Positions 1 to 12,190 of a stretch of 64,000 bases of DNA are shown here, one piece after another. The DNA comes from Octopus sinensis (Eukaryota). The translations under genes and the position numbers were made by a program. The stretch's first letter is position 1; each line of letters opens with the position of its first letter. Below the pieces are notes generated by a model. That model worked only from the letters and a program-made list of their open reading frames with translations, made no database searches and was not told the origin of the DNA. The stretch spans positions 13,516,001 through 13,580,000 of the forward strand of contig NC_043007.1 in NCBI RefSeq assembly GCF_006345805.1, given 5' to 3'.

Positions 1-504
1 AAGGGCGGAGGAAGTCTTGAGAGTCAACGGCCATCCAATAAATGTGTAATTTTTTTTTTCTTAAGCCTTAAGGCTGTATCATGCGCGGGGACATGTAAAT
101 AATCGGACTGAATACCCGATCGCGCGGTTAAACCATTGGGAGTGAAGAACTCCAAGGGCATCCTTCTAGGAGAAGGTAACTCAGGTAACTGGGGTAACTC
201 CGACATAAAACCTGCGGCTCAGTGGTTACCGATGAAGTTGACTTGTTCTTCTTTTCGGATTATGGCTGCTGTTGCTTAGTGAGTGGGATTAACTCAGTGC
301 ACAGCCTTTCCTCACTTTATAAAAAAATCTTCTTGCACAGGCATTGCACAAAAACAACACTGTTCATGATTGTTGATGGTGCTGTGAGTCTCAACTGAAT
401 GGCTGGTTGTAGCCTTAAAAAGCAAATAAAAGTCACATTTGATCACAGCACCAATAACAGTTAAGCTTCGTGCAATGGCCATACGCGATAACGAGGGGGC
501 AGCT

Positions 505-508
<4 letters not shown>
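1..508 (+). mobile_element. Putative non-autonomous RTE-clade retroelement (5'UTR-like segment fused to a 3' tail), cut by the window start
   Basis: GC-richer non-coding block ending in ccatacgcgataacgagggggcagctatc then (AT)n, reminiscent of RTE-type 3' tails; no ORF homology seen. Confidence 0.35.
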
Positions 509-545
<37 letters not shown>

Positions 546-561
546 GTATAAAAACATGTAT

Positions 562-608
<47 letters not shown>

Positions 609-609
609 T
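507..609. repeat. (AT)n plus (GATA)n microsatellites
   Basis: Seen directly. Confidence 0.95.
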
Positions 610-1029
610 ACCTGTTTCTATATAAATACTCAACCTCTATGTTTGTATTCTCGCCATACTTTGCCCATGCTATTCCCGATCCCCTCTCTCTCTCTCTCAC
701 CCTCTTCCTCTCCCTCTCCGTCTCCCCCCCCTCTTGCACCGTGTATCTCTCACTTCTCTTCAATCCCATTCCTTTTTCAGTAATTTTTACGTATATATAT
801 TTTTCTCTTCCATCTTTAAAAGCTGTATCATTCTGTTAGGTTCTATTCCTCAGTTTTCTGCTACGAAGTCAATATACACACAACAACATATATATATATA
901 AATGACAGCAACAACAAAAGAAAAAACACACAGACACGCATATACACACGCGCACACATATGCATGGATACACAGCAGTGACTATGTGAACGCTTATGTG
1001 TGATTTTGTGTATGCGTGTGTGGTTTCTG

Positions 1030-1282
1030 TGACTATATATACACACACACATGTATGTGTGTGTGTGTCTGTGTTTGTATGTGTGTACTTATATATATAC
1101 AAATATATGTGTATATATATATATATATGCATATATATACATATACATATATTATATATATATACACTCACAAAAACAAAAAACGTTTACTTTTGAATAT
1201 AGGCACATTTATATGTATAATCATATATTTTACATATACATCCAGTATATGTGTGTATATATTAGTCTTATATCAATACATG

Positions 1283-1325
<43 letters not shown>

Positions 1326-1375
1326 TCGCACACGCACACACATACACACTTACTCACTCACTCGCTCACACACAC

Positions 1376-1420
<45 letters not shown>

Positions 1421-1543
1421 TACACACACACACACCACACTATATATATATATATATATATATATCTATATATATATACACATATACATACACACACACA
1501 CACACATATATATATATACATATATATATATACACATACATAT
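1030..1543. repeat. Compound (AT)n/(CA)n/(GT)n microsatellite
   Basis: Seen directly. Confidence 0.95.
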
Positions 1544-1879
1544 AATTACACTGTTCTTTTGTGGCTTAATTATCTCAAAAGACCATTGCTTCAGTGAGTT
1601 GCCTTATTAGTTTCAGTGTCTTTTCCAAAGCACCATAACGGTGCCTGCATTCTTCCATATATATTCTGCGAATTTCTACAAATGTCATCAAACCACTTTT
1701 ACTCTTGTTGTTCTTGTTGTTGTTGATGTGGTTGCTTTAACTTTGTTTTGGGGTTTTGTTTTCTTTAATTTCGTTTTTATTTTCTTTTAATTGTTTCATT
1801 GTTTTCCTTCTTTCCTATTTAGCCGTTGTTATATATATATATATTGTTCAGTAGTTTTAGCTTTGACTGTGAATGATAA

Positions 1880-2061
1880 TGAGTAGTTGTAGTAGTAGTA
1901 GTAGTAGTAGTTGTTGTAGTAGTAGTAGAAGTAGTAGTAGTAGTTGTAGTAGTAGTAGTAGTTGTAGTAGTAGTAGTGGTGGTAGTAGCAGCAGTAACAG
2001 CAGCAGCAGAATTAGCAGCAGCAGCAGTAGTAGTGGTGGTGGTGGTAGTAGTAGTAGCAGC

Positions 2062-2112
<51 letters not shown>

Positions 2113-2280
2113 GGTGGTGGTGGTGGTGGTGGTAGAAGTAGTAGTAGAAGTAGCAGCAGTAAAGAAGGAGGAGGGGAAGAAGAAGAAGAAGAAGAAGAAG
2201 AAGAAGAAGAAGAAGAAGAAGAAGAAGAAGAAGAAGAAGAAGAAGAAGAAGAAGAAGAAGAAGAAGAAGAAGAAGAAGAA
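1880..2280. repeat. Compound trinucleotide microsatellite (TAG/CAG/TGG)n ending in about 35 GAA units
   Basis: Seen directly. Confidence 0.95.
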
Positions 2281-2283
2281 TAG

Positions 2284-2531
2284 ATGTTCCTTCTTGAGCT
2301 GTGCCAGGCTCCTAATGGCCGGTTTTCCGGTTTCAGTGGCGTAGAAATTCTCCATCTGGACAGGACACCGGTCCGTCGCAGCGTTACTCATTTTTGCCAG
2401 CTGAGTGGACTGGAGCAACGTGAAATGAAGTGTTTTGCTCAAGAACACAACTTGTCGCCCGACCCAAGAATCGAAACCACAACCTTACGATCATGAGTTC
2501 CACACCCTAACCACTAAGCCACGCGCCTCCA
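2284..2531 (-). mobile_element. SINE family D (tRNA head, CORE-like and V-like domains)
   Basis: Minus strand: A box tggcttagtgg, B box gtttcgattc, CORE-like gtgttcttgagcaaaacactt, V-like gctgcgacggaccggtgtcctgtccag; related copies at 33470 and 56720. Confidence 0.85.
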
Positions 2532-2960
2532 CGGAAGGTGGTGTAATGTGATTAAAAAAAAATACACTATATAAAATATGTGAATGCCTGGATGAGATGC
2601 AGGAGAGCTTCCTCGAAATGTAGGAGAGCATCCAACAGGGGCTAGTCAACGAACCCCATATATACAGGATCACCTTGACTACCAAGGACACGAAGTGTTA
2701 ACCCAGTTGCTCTTCTCTCTATAGGCGCATGCTTCGAACAATTCCATTCACTCTCACCATTTCTGCAACAGCCTCCCCCCCCCACTTTTTGTCAAATCCA
2801 ATTTGAAGGAACACTTCCCTTTCCATCTTCATTTTATTTTCCAGATAGGTTTGTCCGTCGGGTGACATGTTAACCCTCATTCATTTCAACCTCATCTACT
2901 ACACAAACCAACCACTTTCTCCACACTTACCAGACAGAGATAAAAATGCCTGCTCATCCA

Positions 2961-3706
2961 AGGCGGCGAACTGGCAGAACCATGAGCACGCCGGGCGAAA
3001 TGCGTAGCTGTATTTCGTCTGCCGTTACGTTCTGAGTTCAAATTCAGGCGAGGTCGACTTTGCCTTTCATCCTTTCAGGGTCGATAACTTAAGTACCAGT
3101 TACGCACTGGGAGCGATGTAATCGACTTAATCCGTTTGTCTGTCCTTGTTTGTCCTCTCTGTGTTTACCCCTAGTGGGTAGTAAAGAAATAGGTATTTCG
3201 TCTGCTGCTACGTTCTGTGTTCAAATTCTGCCGAGGTCGACTTTCCCTTTCATCATTTCGGGGTCGATTAAATAAGTACAAGTTACGCACTGGGGTCGAT
3301 ATAATCGACTTAATCCGTTTGTCAGTCCATGTTTGTCCTCTCTGTGTTTAGCCCCTTGTGGGTAGTAAAGAAATAAGTATTTCGTCCGTCTTTACGTTCT
3401 GAGTTCAAATTCTGCCGCGTTCGACTTTGCCTTTCATCCTTTTGGGGTCAATAAATTAAGTACCAGTTATGCACTGGGGTCAATGTAATCGAATGGTCCC
3501 CTCCCGCCAAAATGTCAGGCCTTGTGCCTTTTGCAGAAAAGATTTCGTCCGTCTTCACTTTCTGAGTTCAAATTCCGCGAGGTCTACTTTGCCTTTCGTC
3601 CTTTCCGGCTCCATAAAACAAGTACCAGTTGAGTACTGGGGTCGATGTAATCGACTAGCTCCCTCTCCAAAATTTCCGGCCTTGTACCTATAGTAGAAAA
3701 TATTAT
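2961..3706 (+). mobile_element. SINE family B concatemer (one head, four bodies, period about 183 bp)
   Basis: Head aggcggcgaactggcagaa; body gtcgactttgcctttcatcctttcggggtcgat repeated from about 3011, 3194, 3378 and 3543; two Tx1-like tails then two type-1 tails. Confidence 0.9.
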
Positions 3707-4035
3707 TAACACACGCCTTGGTTCATTTCCGTTCCTCTATTGGTTAAATATTCAACTAACTAACCGGTTTTCTAATTTGTTTCACCGGTATTTGCATCCT
3801 TTTCAGCGACTTATTTACGTATTTACTCATTTATTCAGGATGTAGGGCAAAGATTCAAGGAAATGTAGCAGTTATTTCTAGCAAGTTGACGGTTGAGGGG
3901 TGATGTTGTGGTTGATCTTTCGCTGGCGAGTTATGGTTTGAATTCTAATAAAGATTAAGGAAAACGATGGCTGTTCTCATTGACTCCATTCTTTGTCACA
4001 ACAGGAAATTTCCTTTCTCACCTATACCCTCAATG

Positions 4036-4038
<3 letters not shown>

Positions 4039-4083
<45 letters not shown>

Positions 4084-4122
4084 ACACACACACAGAGACA
4101 CACACACACACACACACGCACA

Positions 4123-4155
<33 letters not shown>
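4039..4155. repeat. (CA)n microsatellite
   Basis: Seen directly. Confidence 0.95.
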
Positions 4156-4158
<3 letters not shown>

Positions 4159-4427
4159 CATTTATTTACAACTATTTCTTCCTCTTATTTACTTATTATT
4201 ATCTCTACTTCATCCCTTTTTGTATTCATCGCTAATTGAATTACGAAATTAATAAACGAAATAAGAAAATCGAAATTAATTGCCTGAAAATCAAATTGAT
4301 AAATATAAAGAAAACAGAGAGATATAAAGAGAAGGGGGAAGGTAGAGGAACAAAAAAAGGTGGGGGGGAGGACGGTAGATAAAGGGAGTAAAGAAAGCAA
4401 TTGAGTGAAATATGAAAACAAAGCAAA

Positions 4428-4428
4428 A

Positions 4429-4467
<39 letters not shown>

Positions 4468-4952
4468 CAGCAGCAGCAGCAGCAGCAGCTGGAGTAGTTT
4501 TTGTGGTGGAATAAGAATGGCGCAGCAGAAACACTAAATAGAAAAAAAAGATGAAGAAGTAGAAGAACAAGAACAAGAACAACAACAACAACAACAACAA
4601 CAATAATAATAATAATAATAATGGCAAGGAGGTGAAATGAAGATAATACAATAGATGTAGTGTTAGTTGTAGTAACAGTAGCAATAGTAGTAGAAATCGT
4701 GGTGGTAGTAGTGGTAGTAGTAGAAGCAGCGGCAATAATCATAGTGGTTGTATTAGTAGTGATGATGGTGGTGGTGGAGGTGGTAGTAGTATTAGTAGTA
4801 GTAGTAGTCGTAGAAGTAGAGGAAGAAGTAGATGGTGATGTAGAAGATGGAGATGGAGGAGACAGTGGTAATGCTGACGACGACGATTAAATGATGAAGA
4901 TGATGATCGTGGTGATGGTGGTGGTGGTGACGACGACAACGATGATGATAGC

Positions 4953-5007
<55 letters not shown>

Positions 5008-5220
5008 GTGATGTGGAAGACGATGAAGGCGAAGAGAATGATGAGAAAGAAGGTCGTGATGACAACGATTATGGATGGCGGCGAGAGCAACTTCGACGAC
5101 CACAACGACAACGTCAGCAGCGACTACAACACTGACAACGATCATAATAATGATGGCGATGACGACGACGACGACGACGATGATGATAATGAGGATGAAG
5201 TAGAAAAAGAAGAAACAATG
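4428..5220. repeat. Mosaic trinucleotide repeats (TAG, CAG, AAC, AAT, GAT, GAC)
   Basis: Seen directly. Confidence 0.9.
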
Positions 5221-5782
5221 AAAAAAGAAGAAAAAAAACGATGAATATAATGAAACGAACGAACGAAACAAAGTGTTAGTAACGGGATGTGAAAAAGACA
5301 GAACTAAAATGGCTGCTAATATAAAGTAATGTGAAAACAAATTACAATCCCTTTGATGTAAAACAGTCGAAATATTGTAAAGTATAGAAGCCATCTTATC
5401 ATGGCTAACCACATTGGGGAGTGGGTGTTACTGTAGCTTTATAGCCCCAAGAGATCTTCGTCTCAAGCTGGCTTTAGACACAATATCAGTGTCCTTGGAA
5501 ACTGTCGAAATATTGTGTATTGTATTTTGTTAACTTGGTGGATACAAGTTCTCTTAGTGTCAACTAGACTATAGCACAAAGATGGTCGGATATATAAATG
5601 TGTCTGGACCTAGCTTTTTATCTCTCTCTCTTTCCCTCTCTCGTTTTATTTTTCTGCCTGTCTATTTGTCTGTCTATCTATATGTCTGTCTGTCTGTCTC
5701 TTTCTCTCACACACAGTCTCTCATATGTATATGTGTGATGTGTGGACGCGTGGACGTGTGGATTTTTTTTACCCCTTCGATT

Positions 5783-5843
<61 letters not shown>

Positions 5844-5879
5844 ATCTATCTATCTATCCATCCATCTATCTATCCATCC

Positions 5880-5977
<98 letters not shown>

Positions 5978-5978
5978 C
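5783..5978. repeat. (TATC)n microsatellite
   Basis: Seen directly. Confidence 0.95.
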
Positions 5979-6145
5979 TAAGCTTACACACACACGCACA
6001 CATCCACACGCATACACACACAGAAATACAAGTGCATATATAATTAATAGATAGATGCAGTTTTAATATTAAAACACCGATTTGAAAATCAGCGCACATT
6101 TTCAACATTTTCTCTCATAAGACTGACTGAGGTAGTTGAATTTAA

Positions 6146-6228
6146 CCCCAGGCGTTAAGAACCGCTGATGAGGATTAAGATGGTCTACAACAAAGTCCGA
6201 AATCGCTATCCGGCTATGTACGCCGGGG
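6146..6228 (+). ncRNA. Type I hammerhead ribozyme motif with minimal stem III
   Basis: ccg-CTGATGA(6165-6171)-ggatt...agtcc-GAAA(6199-6202)-tcgcta-TC-cgg; stem I extends as ccccaggcgt/acgccgggg; predicted cut after C6210. Confidence 0.75.
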
Positions 6229-6744
6229 ACTTAACTCCCTTTGTCAGTCATTAATTTTGGTAATTTTGTGGTTTTTGAATTATTTTAATTCTTACCTTTA
6301 GCAAAAGCGGTGTTAGTCAGTACCTTCTGTCACTTGTGTCGCCTCTATTAATTTCGCTTCAAGGTTCTGATTGCTAATAAGCCACCCTTTCTAATTTGTT
6401 CTTCATCCTTTCTGGTTTTCTCTCCCACCCTTCCTTATTCTTATCCTCTCCCCTTTACCGTTCTCTCTCTCTCTCACTCTTCCTCCTTGACTCTCTCATC
6501 GCTGACACGTGACGAAAGGGAATCTATCTTTCTACCCATTTCCTTCCTAAAGACAACACGTGCATATACCTGTCTCCTCTCATAAGTTCATCCTCCTAGC
6601 GTTCATAATAATTTTTCTATCTTCTTGGCTTAACGGCCCTCACCGTTTGTTTTTACTGTCTTGTTCTTACTGTCCTGTTCTTGTTACCACTTTCACCCTC
6701 TGCAAAAAATCCGAAATTTTATTTTATTTGTTTTGCATGAAGGA

Positions 6745-6820
6745 CTGTTTCAGTGGAGTCGCGTATTGTCCTTGCCTCCGTTTCGGGGAGTAGATGAAAC
6801 AGGGACAACTGATGAAAGGG
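6745..6820 (+). ncRNA. Rearranged hammerhead-like motif, decayed copy
   Basis: cgcgt-A-ttgtcct ... ctcc-gttt(for GAAA)-cggg ... gggacaa-CTGATGA-aaggg; outer helix ctgtttca/tgaaacag. Confidence 0.5.
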
Positions 6821-6964
6821 AATATTCTTTGTGTTGCATGTCTCCTTTCTCTGTTTGTTTTTTTCGTTGCTCGAAAAAAAGTTTCATTTTCTATGTTTTT
6901 GTTTTTATGTTTTCGATTCTCATTGTATTCAACGTTTTTTGATGTCCTGTACCCATATATGCAT

Positions 6965-7194
<230 letters not shown>

Positions 7195-7829
7195 CTAGCA
7201 GTATCGCCCGGCGTTGCTCGGGTTTGTAAGGGAAATAACTATATAAGCATTTTTTAGAGAGTTATAGCCAAAAAAATAGCAAAAAATGCATTAAAAATGG
7301 AAAAAAATATGATGGTAATTTTTTTAAAATCGTGACTCATCGTAGACATTTTTAGAGAGTTACTTCCCTTATATAATAGCGAAAAAATGCATTAAAATGG
7401 AAAAAAAACGATGGTAAATTTTTTAAAAATCGTATACTCTGTAGACGCTTTCTTAGCCATTTCCGTTTTGGTGTCTTCAAGCCATGAAGTCGTTGTTCTA
7501 AAAGAACACTGGTCTCCTTGACAACGCATTACGACGTTGATTTCCTTACACTCCCTTCCCCACAGGTGCAGGTGTGAGCGTGGACGCCAACTCCGCCGCC
7601 ATCGACACACGAAAAATTATGCATTAAAATGGAATAAAAAATTATGTTAAATTATTTTTAAAATCGTAGACTCATCGTAGACGCGCGCTAATATTCAGAC
7701 AGGCTCCATAGGAATCACGACTATAAGCTACCCGAATTTGGTTAAACTGCACCGCAAAATGTGGGAGTAGTTAGGAATCTAAATCGAAGGGGACATACAC
7801 TCACACAACTACAGTTTTATATATATAGA
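7195..7829 (-). mobile_element. Non-autonomous Helitron
   Basis: Minus strand begins TC (7829), ends CTAG (7195-7198), lies between host A and T, subterminal hairpin at 7207-7222, internal repeats of aaaaaatgcattaaaatggaaaa. Confidence 0.85.
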
Positions 7830-7844
7830 TATACATAGCGCAGT

Positions 7845-8200
7845 AGTGGTGAGATGTGACAGCAAAGAAAAGCATACATTCACTCTCTGCATGCAATTAG
7901 ACTCGGAAAGTTTGTGAGGAACCCATTGACCCAATTTGCTGACTTTTCCGATAGCACACAGGTCTCAATGAATGGTTGAATGACCAAATTCAAGCTTCTC
8001 TGCTAGTTCCTCAACAGTTACGATGAGATTTTGTTCCACCAGGGTTTTCAGGATGTCCTTGTCGAGTTCTACAGATCTTTCGGGATGAGGCTCGTCTTCT
8101 AGGCTGTAGTTTATGGCTCGGGATTTCTGGAACCACCATTGACACTGCCTTACGCTTATTGTCCAATCCCCATATACTGCATTAATATTTCTTGTACTTT
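7845..8200 (-). mobile_element. Mariner transposase pseudogene, N-terminal HTH region
   Basis: RNINAVYGDWTISVRQCQWWFQK...LEDEPHPERS...TVEELAEKLEFGHSTIH, a stop, then GQWVPHKL (WVPHEL motif). Confidence 0.9.
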
Positions 8201-8265
8201 GCACACATTTATATTCTGTTATTCTTTTATATGTTTCAGCCTTGAGGTTGTGGCCATGCTGGATC

Positions 8266-8572
8266 ATGTGTGTGTGTGTGTGTGTGTCTATCTGTCTGTC
8301 TGTCTGTATGTATATATGTATATGTATGTGTGTGAACAATAATATTTTCAACAGATGTGTTGCAAATGTATCTGATTGTTCTCAAGCTTCAATACTGTGT
8401 GTGTGTATGTGTGTGTGTGTATGTATGTATGTATATGTATGTATGTATGTATATGTATGTATGTATATGTATGTATGTATGTATGTGTGTATGTATGTAT
8501 GTGTGTGTGTATGTATGTGTGTTGTGTATGTGTGTGTGTGTATGTATGTATGTATGTATGTATGTATGTATG
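8266..8572. repeat. (GT)n/(GTAT)n microsatellite
   Basis: Seen directly. Confidence 0.9.
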
Positions 8573-9214
8573 AGGTGTGGTGTACTTTATTACTAACACA
8601 AGCCACTACGGTTATTACTAACACAAGCCACTACGGTAAAGTCTTCCTCAAATCACTCTCTCTCTCGCTATTTACTCTCTTCCAAGAACATTTTCACTCA
8701 CTCTTAGCTCTTAGCTTCCCATACATTTTACTCATGTATCTATCAGCGTCATAGACAGAATACTTTCAGTTTAGTCTTCCTCAAATCACTCTGTCGCTAT
8801 TTAATTTCATTTATTCGTTGCACACTGTGTGTGTGCGTTTGCGTGTGGTGTAAACCAGACTAAGAAAAGCATTTGGACACACACACCAGAATGTGAGTTT
8901 TCTGTAAATTTTGCTTAATTGGAGTTTAAATTTTAAAAACTGGACCTGGCATGACGCGATGCATTGTACTCTTAAAACTGCTAGGTAAATTGTAATTGAA
9001 GAAATCCTATATTGTAGATTTGTATAACTCCCAAAGGGAGGCAGATAAAATCTGCCTTTTATAATAGATATATATATATATATACACTCACACGCATACA
9101 CAAACACACATGCACGCACACACACACGCAAACACACACATAGACACACACACACACATATATATATATATGTATATGTTGTGTGGATGGGTGTGTGGTA
9201 AGTATCTTGCTATA

Positions 9215-9440
9215 GGCGCAGGTGTGTCTGTGTAGTAAGTAGCTTGCTTAATAACCACATCTTTCTGGGTTCAGTCCCACTGCGTCGCAATTTGGGCAAG
9301 CGTCGTCTACTATAGCCTCGGCCCGACCAAAGCCTTGTGAGTGGATTTGTTAGACGGAATCTAAAAGAAACCCTCGTATATATGTATATGTATATATATA
9401 TAAGTATATGTTTGTGCGTCTGTGTTTGTCTACCCAACAC
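9215..9440 (+). mobile_element. SINE family A, 3'-truncated
   Basis: ggcgcaggtgtgtctgtgtagtaagtagcttgc...gggttcagtcccactgcg...; matches the full copy at 48256. Confidence 0.85.
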
Positions 9441-9754
9441 ACACGACGGGATTGTTTGAGATTTTTATCAAATCCATGGTTGGTCCGAGACTACAGTAGA
9501 GGACCTTTGGTCAAGCAGTGAAGACAGAATGATGTGTATGGGAAACAAATTCTTATTCCTGACCACAGATATGTAAAAGATAAACAGAAGAAAACAGAGG
9601 ATTTGTGTGTGTGTGTGTTAGTATGTGTGTATTTGTATATGTTCATGTGTGCGTTTTCGAGCGCGTATCTGTGTCGTATGTCACATAATTTTTTGTTACT
9701 ATTGGTGACATTTATCATCATCATAATCCTACATCTCCTGTTCCTTTCTTCTCC

Positions 9755-9755
<1 letters not shown>

Positions 9756-9824
<69 letters not shown>

Positions 9825-9830
9825 GTTATT
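9756..9830. repeat. (ATT)n microsatellite
   Basis: Seen directly. Confidence 0.95.
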
Positions 9831-10353
9831 ATATATTTTATCCCTTTAACTGAGAAGATTGTCTTTTATTTTCATTTGTTTCTCTTTGTTTCCTCATTCT
9901 AATCTACGTCATTCAATCACCTTCTTCCTTCACCTTCATTATTCGTGACAGACCTTCCAAGACACTATATTTTGTTTTTTTGCTTTTTGTTCATCTACTA
10001 TCATTTTGTCTTCAAATTTAATTCAATAGTTTTGTCGCCATTTTATATATTGTGTTTAAGTCACAATTTCGGTGAAGGGCAATTCCAAGCCATTCAAGAA
10101 TGCAAACTTTAATATATATATATATTTCCCACCTATGATTAAATAGATCATTCCATTTCATTATACGAGTTTTAATTTCTTTGAAACCATTATGGATTGT
10201 TTTTTTTTCTCTCTCTCAAAATGCAAAGCAAAGGAAAGAGAAAACATTTTAACAAGAGAAAAATTACTTATAACAATGATTAGAAATGAATTATAAATAA
10301 ATATATTCTTTTAATCTTTCGTACGTTTCACCCCTAAGGCCATGATGGGACAT

Positions 10354-10407
<54 letters not shown>

Positions 10408-10517
10408 ATATATATAAATTGAATAGATATTATATTGAATAATATTATATATATATACACTCCCCCACATATATATATATATATAATTTCGCATGTGTGT
10501 GTGTGAACACACACACA

Positions 10518-10549
<32 letters not shown>

Positions 10550-10647
10550 TTATATATATATAATATAAAGTAGATGTATACAAGGAACTTGACATCATAA
10601 TCTAAAGTCGCAACGGTGATATTGAGAGCCACAATAGAAAAAAATGA

Positions 10648-10688
10648 AAGCAGCAGCAGCAATATTAGCAGTAGCAGCAGCAGCAATT

Positions 10689-10722
<34 letters not shown>

Positions 10723-10744
10723 CAGGAGCAGCAGCAGCAGCAGT
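10648..10744. repeat. (CAG)n microsatellite
   Basis: Seen directly. Confidence 0.9.
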
Positions 10745-11042
10745 GGTATTATCAAAAGCATCTTCGGCAACGAAATTCATGATATTAAAACAACGCCATC
10801 TCTCCTCCCCCAATAATAATAACTATAATAGAAATAATAACGAAAGATGGTAAGAGTAATGGGAAAGAACTCAATTATTAAATAAGTCGAACTTATGGAA
10901 GAGTTGTTTTCGTTTCAACACGCAGTTGGTTATTAATTAAATAATAGTAACAATAACAGCGGTATTTGGAACAGCAACAACAACGACACAACTAACACGC
11001 CTGTGTGCATGAGTTTATACGCCCGTATATCTGTGTAGTGTG

Positions 11043-11707
11043 AGTGTGTATATACGTGTTAATGTTTGTATGAACAATTAGATTCAGATTTGTGTTACTA
11101 AGCGTATCACAGAGTAAAAACAGAATCTGATCGTTCAGATGCTTTAATACTGACTAGTGAGACGGTCAGTGCTTTGATATACGACCAACTATCATGGGTT
11201 TATAAATGAGATTCGGCTGTAATGTCGTTAGACATGAATCACAGTTGGATACGTTGTATATAGAATTTTATGAGTGTTGTGTCAGTGTGTATATACGTGT
11301 TAATGTTTGTATGAACAATTAGATTCAGATTTGTGTTACTAAGCGTATCACAGAGTAAAAACAGAATCTGATCGTTCAGATGCTTTTATACTGAGTATTG
11401 AGACGGTCAGTGCTTTGATATACGACCAACTATCATGGGTTTATAAATGAGATTCGGCTGTAATGTCGTTAGACATGAATCACAGTTGGATACGTTGTAT
11501 ACTCTTTTACTCTTTTACTTGCTTCAGTCATTTGACTGCGGCCATGCTGGAGCACCGCCTTTAGTCGAGCAAATCGACCCCAGGACTTATTCTTTGTAAG
11601 CCCAGTACTTATTCTATCGGTCTCTTTTGCCGAAATGCTAAGTGACGGGGACGTAAACACACCAGCATCGGTTGTCAAGCAATGCTAGGGGAACAAACAC
11701 AGACACA

Positions 11708-11757
<50 letters not shown>

Positions 11758-12190
11758 CATATATACGACAATTTCCGTCTACCAAATGCACTCACAAGGC
11801 ATTAGTCGGCCCGGGGCTATAGCAGAAGACACTTGCCCAAGATGCCACGTTGACTGAACCCTCAACCATGTGGTTGGTTAGGAAGCTACTTACCACACAG
11901 CCACTCCTGCGCTGATATAGAATTCTATATACGTACATAGAAATTTTAAGAGTGTTGTGCCAGTGTGTATATACGTGTTAATATTTGTATGAACAGTTAG
12001 ATTCAGATTTGTGTTACTAAACGAATCACAGAGTAAAAACAGAATCTGATCATTCAGATGCTTTAATACTGAGTAGTGAGACGGTCATTGTTTTGATATA
12101 AGATCACCTGTCATTGGGTAATAAATGAGATTCGGCTGTATTGTCGTTAGAGATGAATCACAGTTGGATACGTTGTACATAGAATATTAC
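11043..12190. repeat. Three-copy 241-bp tandem repeat with internal hairpins, interrupted by a SINE
   Basis: Units start at about 11043, 11284 and 11962 (agtgtgtatatacgtgttaat...). Confidence 0.95.
11501..11912 (-). mobile_element. SINE family A, near full length
   Basis: Reverse complement of the family A sequence with (TAAAAGAG) tail and internal microsatellite. Confidence 0.9.

Larger units (their letters stand above)
6060..6962 (+). mobile_element. Non-coding Penelope-like/retrozyme-like element (possibly two fused pieces) with hammerhead motifs
   Basis: Two hammerhead-like motifs; pyrimidine-rich tract, cacgtgac motif and T-rich tail parallel the element at 56961-57924; 3' part recurs inverted at 50805-50938. 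Confidence 0.6.

Noticed and set aside
312-1597. ORFs rich in YI, HT and CV repeats (here and throughout the window)
   Set aside because: Translations of stop-free microsatellites, open in several frames and on both strands
1819-2448. Poly-Ser/Glu/Thr/Phe ORFs
   Set aside because: Trinucleotide repeat running into a SINE; no domain or exon evidence
2961-3706. CRISPR-like periodicity
   Set aside because: The units are SINE bodies without unique spacers; eukaryotic context; no cas genes
8593-8800. Short direct repeats (actaacacaagccactacggt twice; agtcttcctcaaatcactct twice)
   Set aside because: Consistent with ordinary local slippage or duplication
10595-10853. Poly-Ala/Gln/Ser ORF resembling a transcription-factor tract
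   Set aside because: (CAG)n open in many frames with no flanking coding sequence
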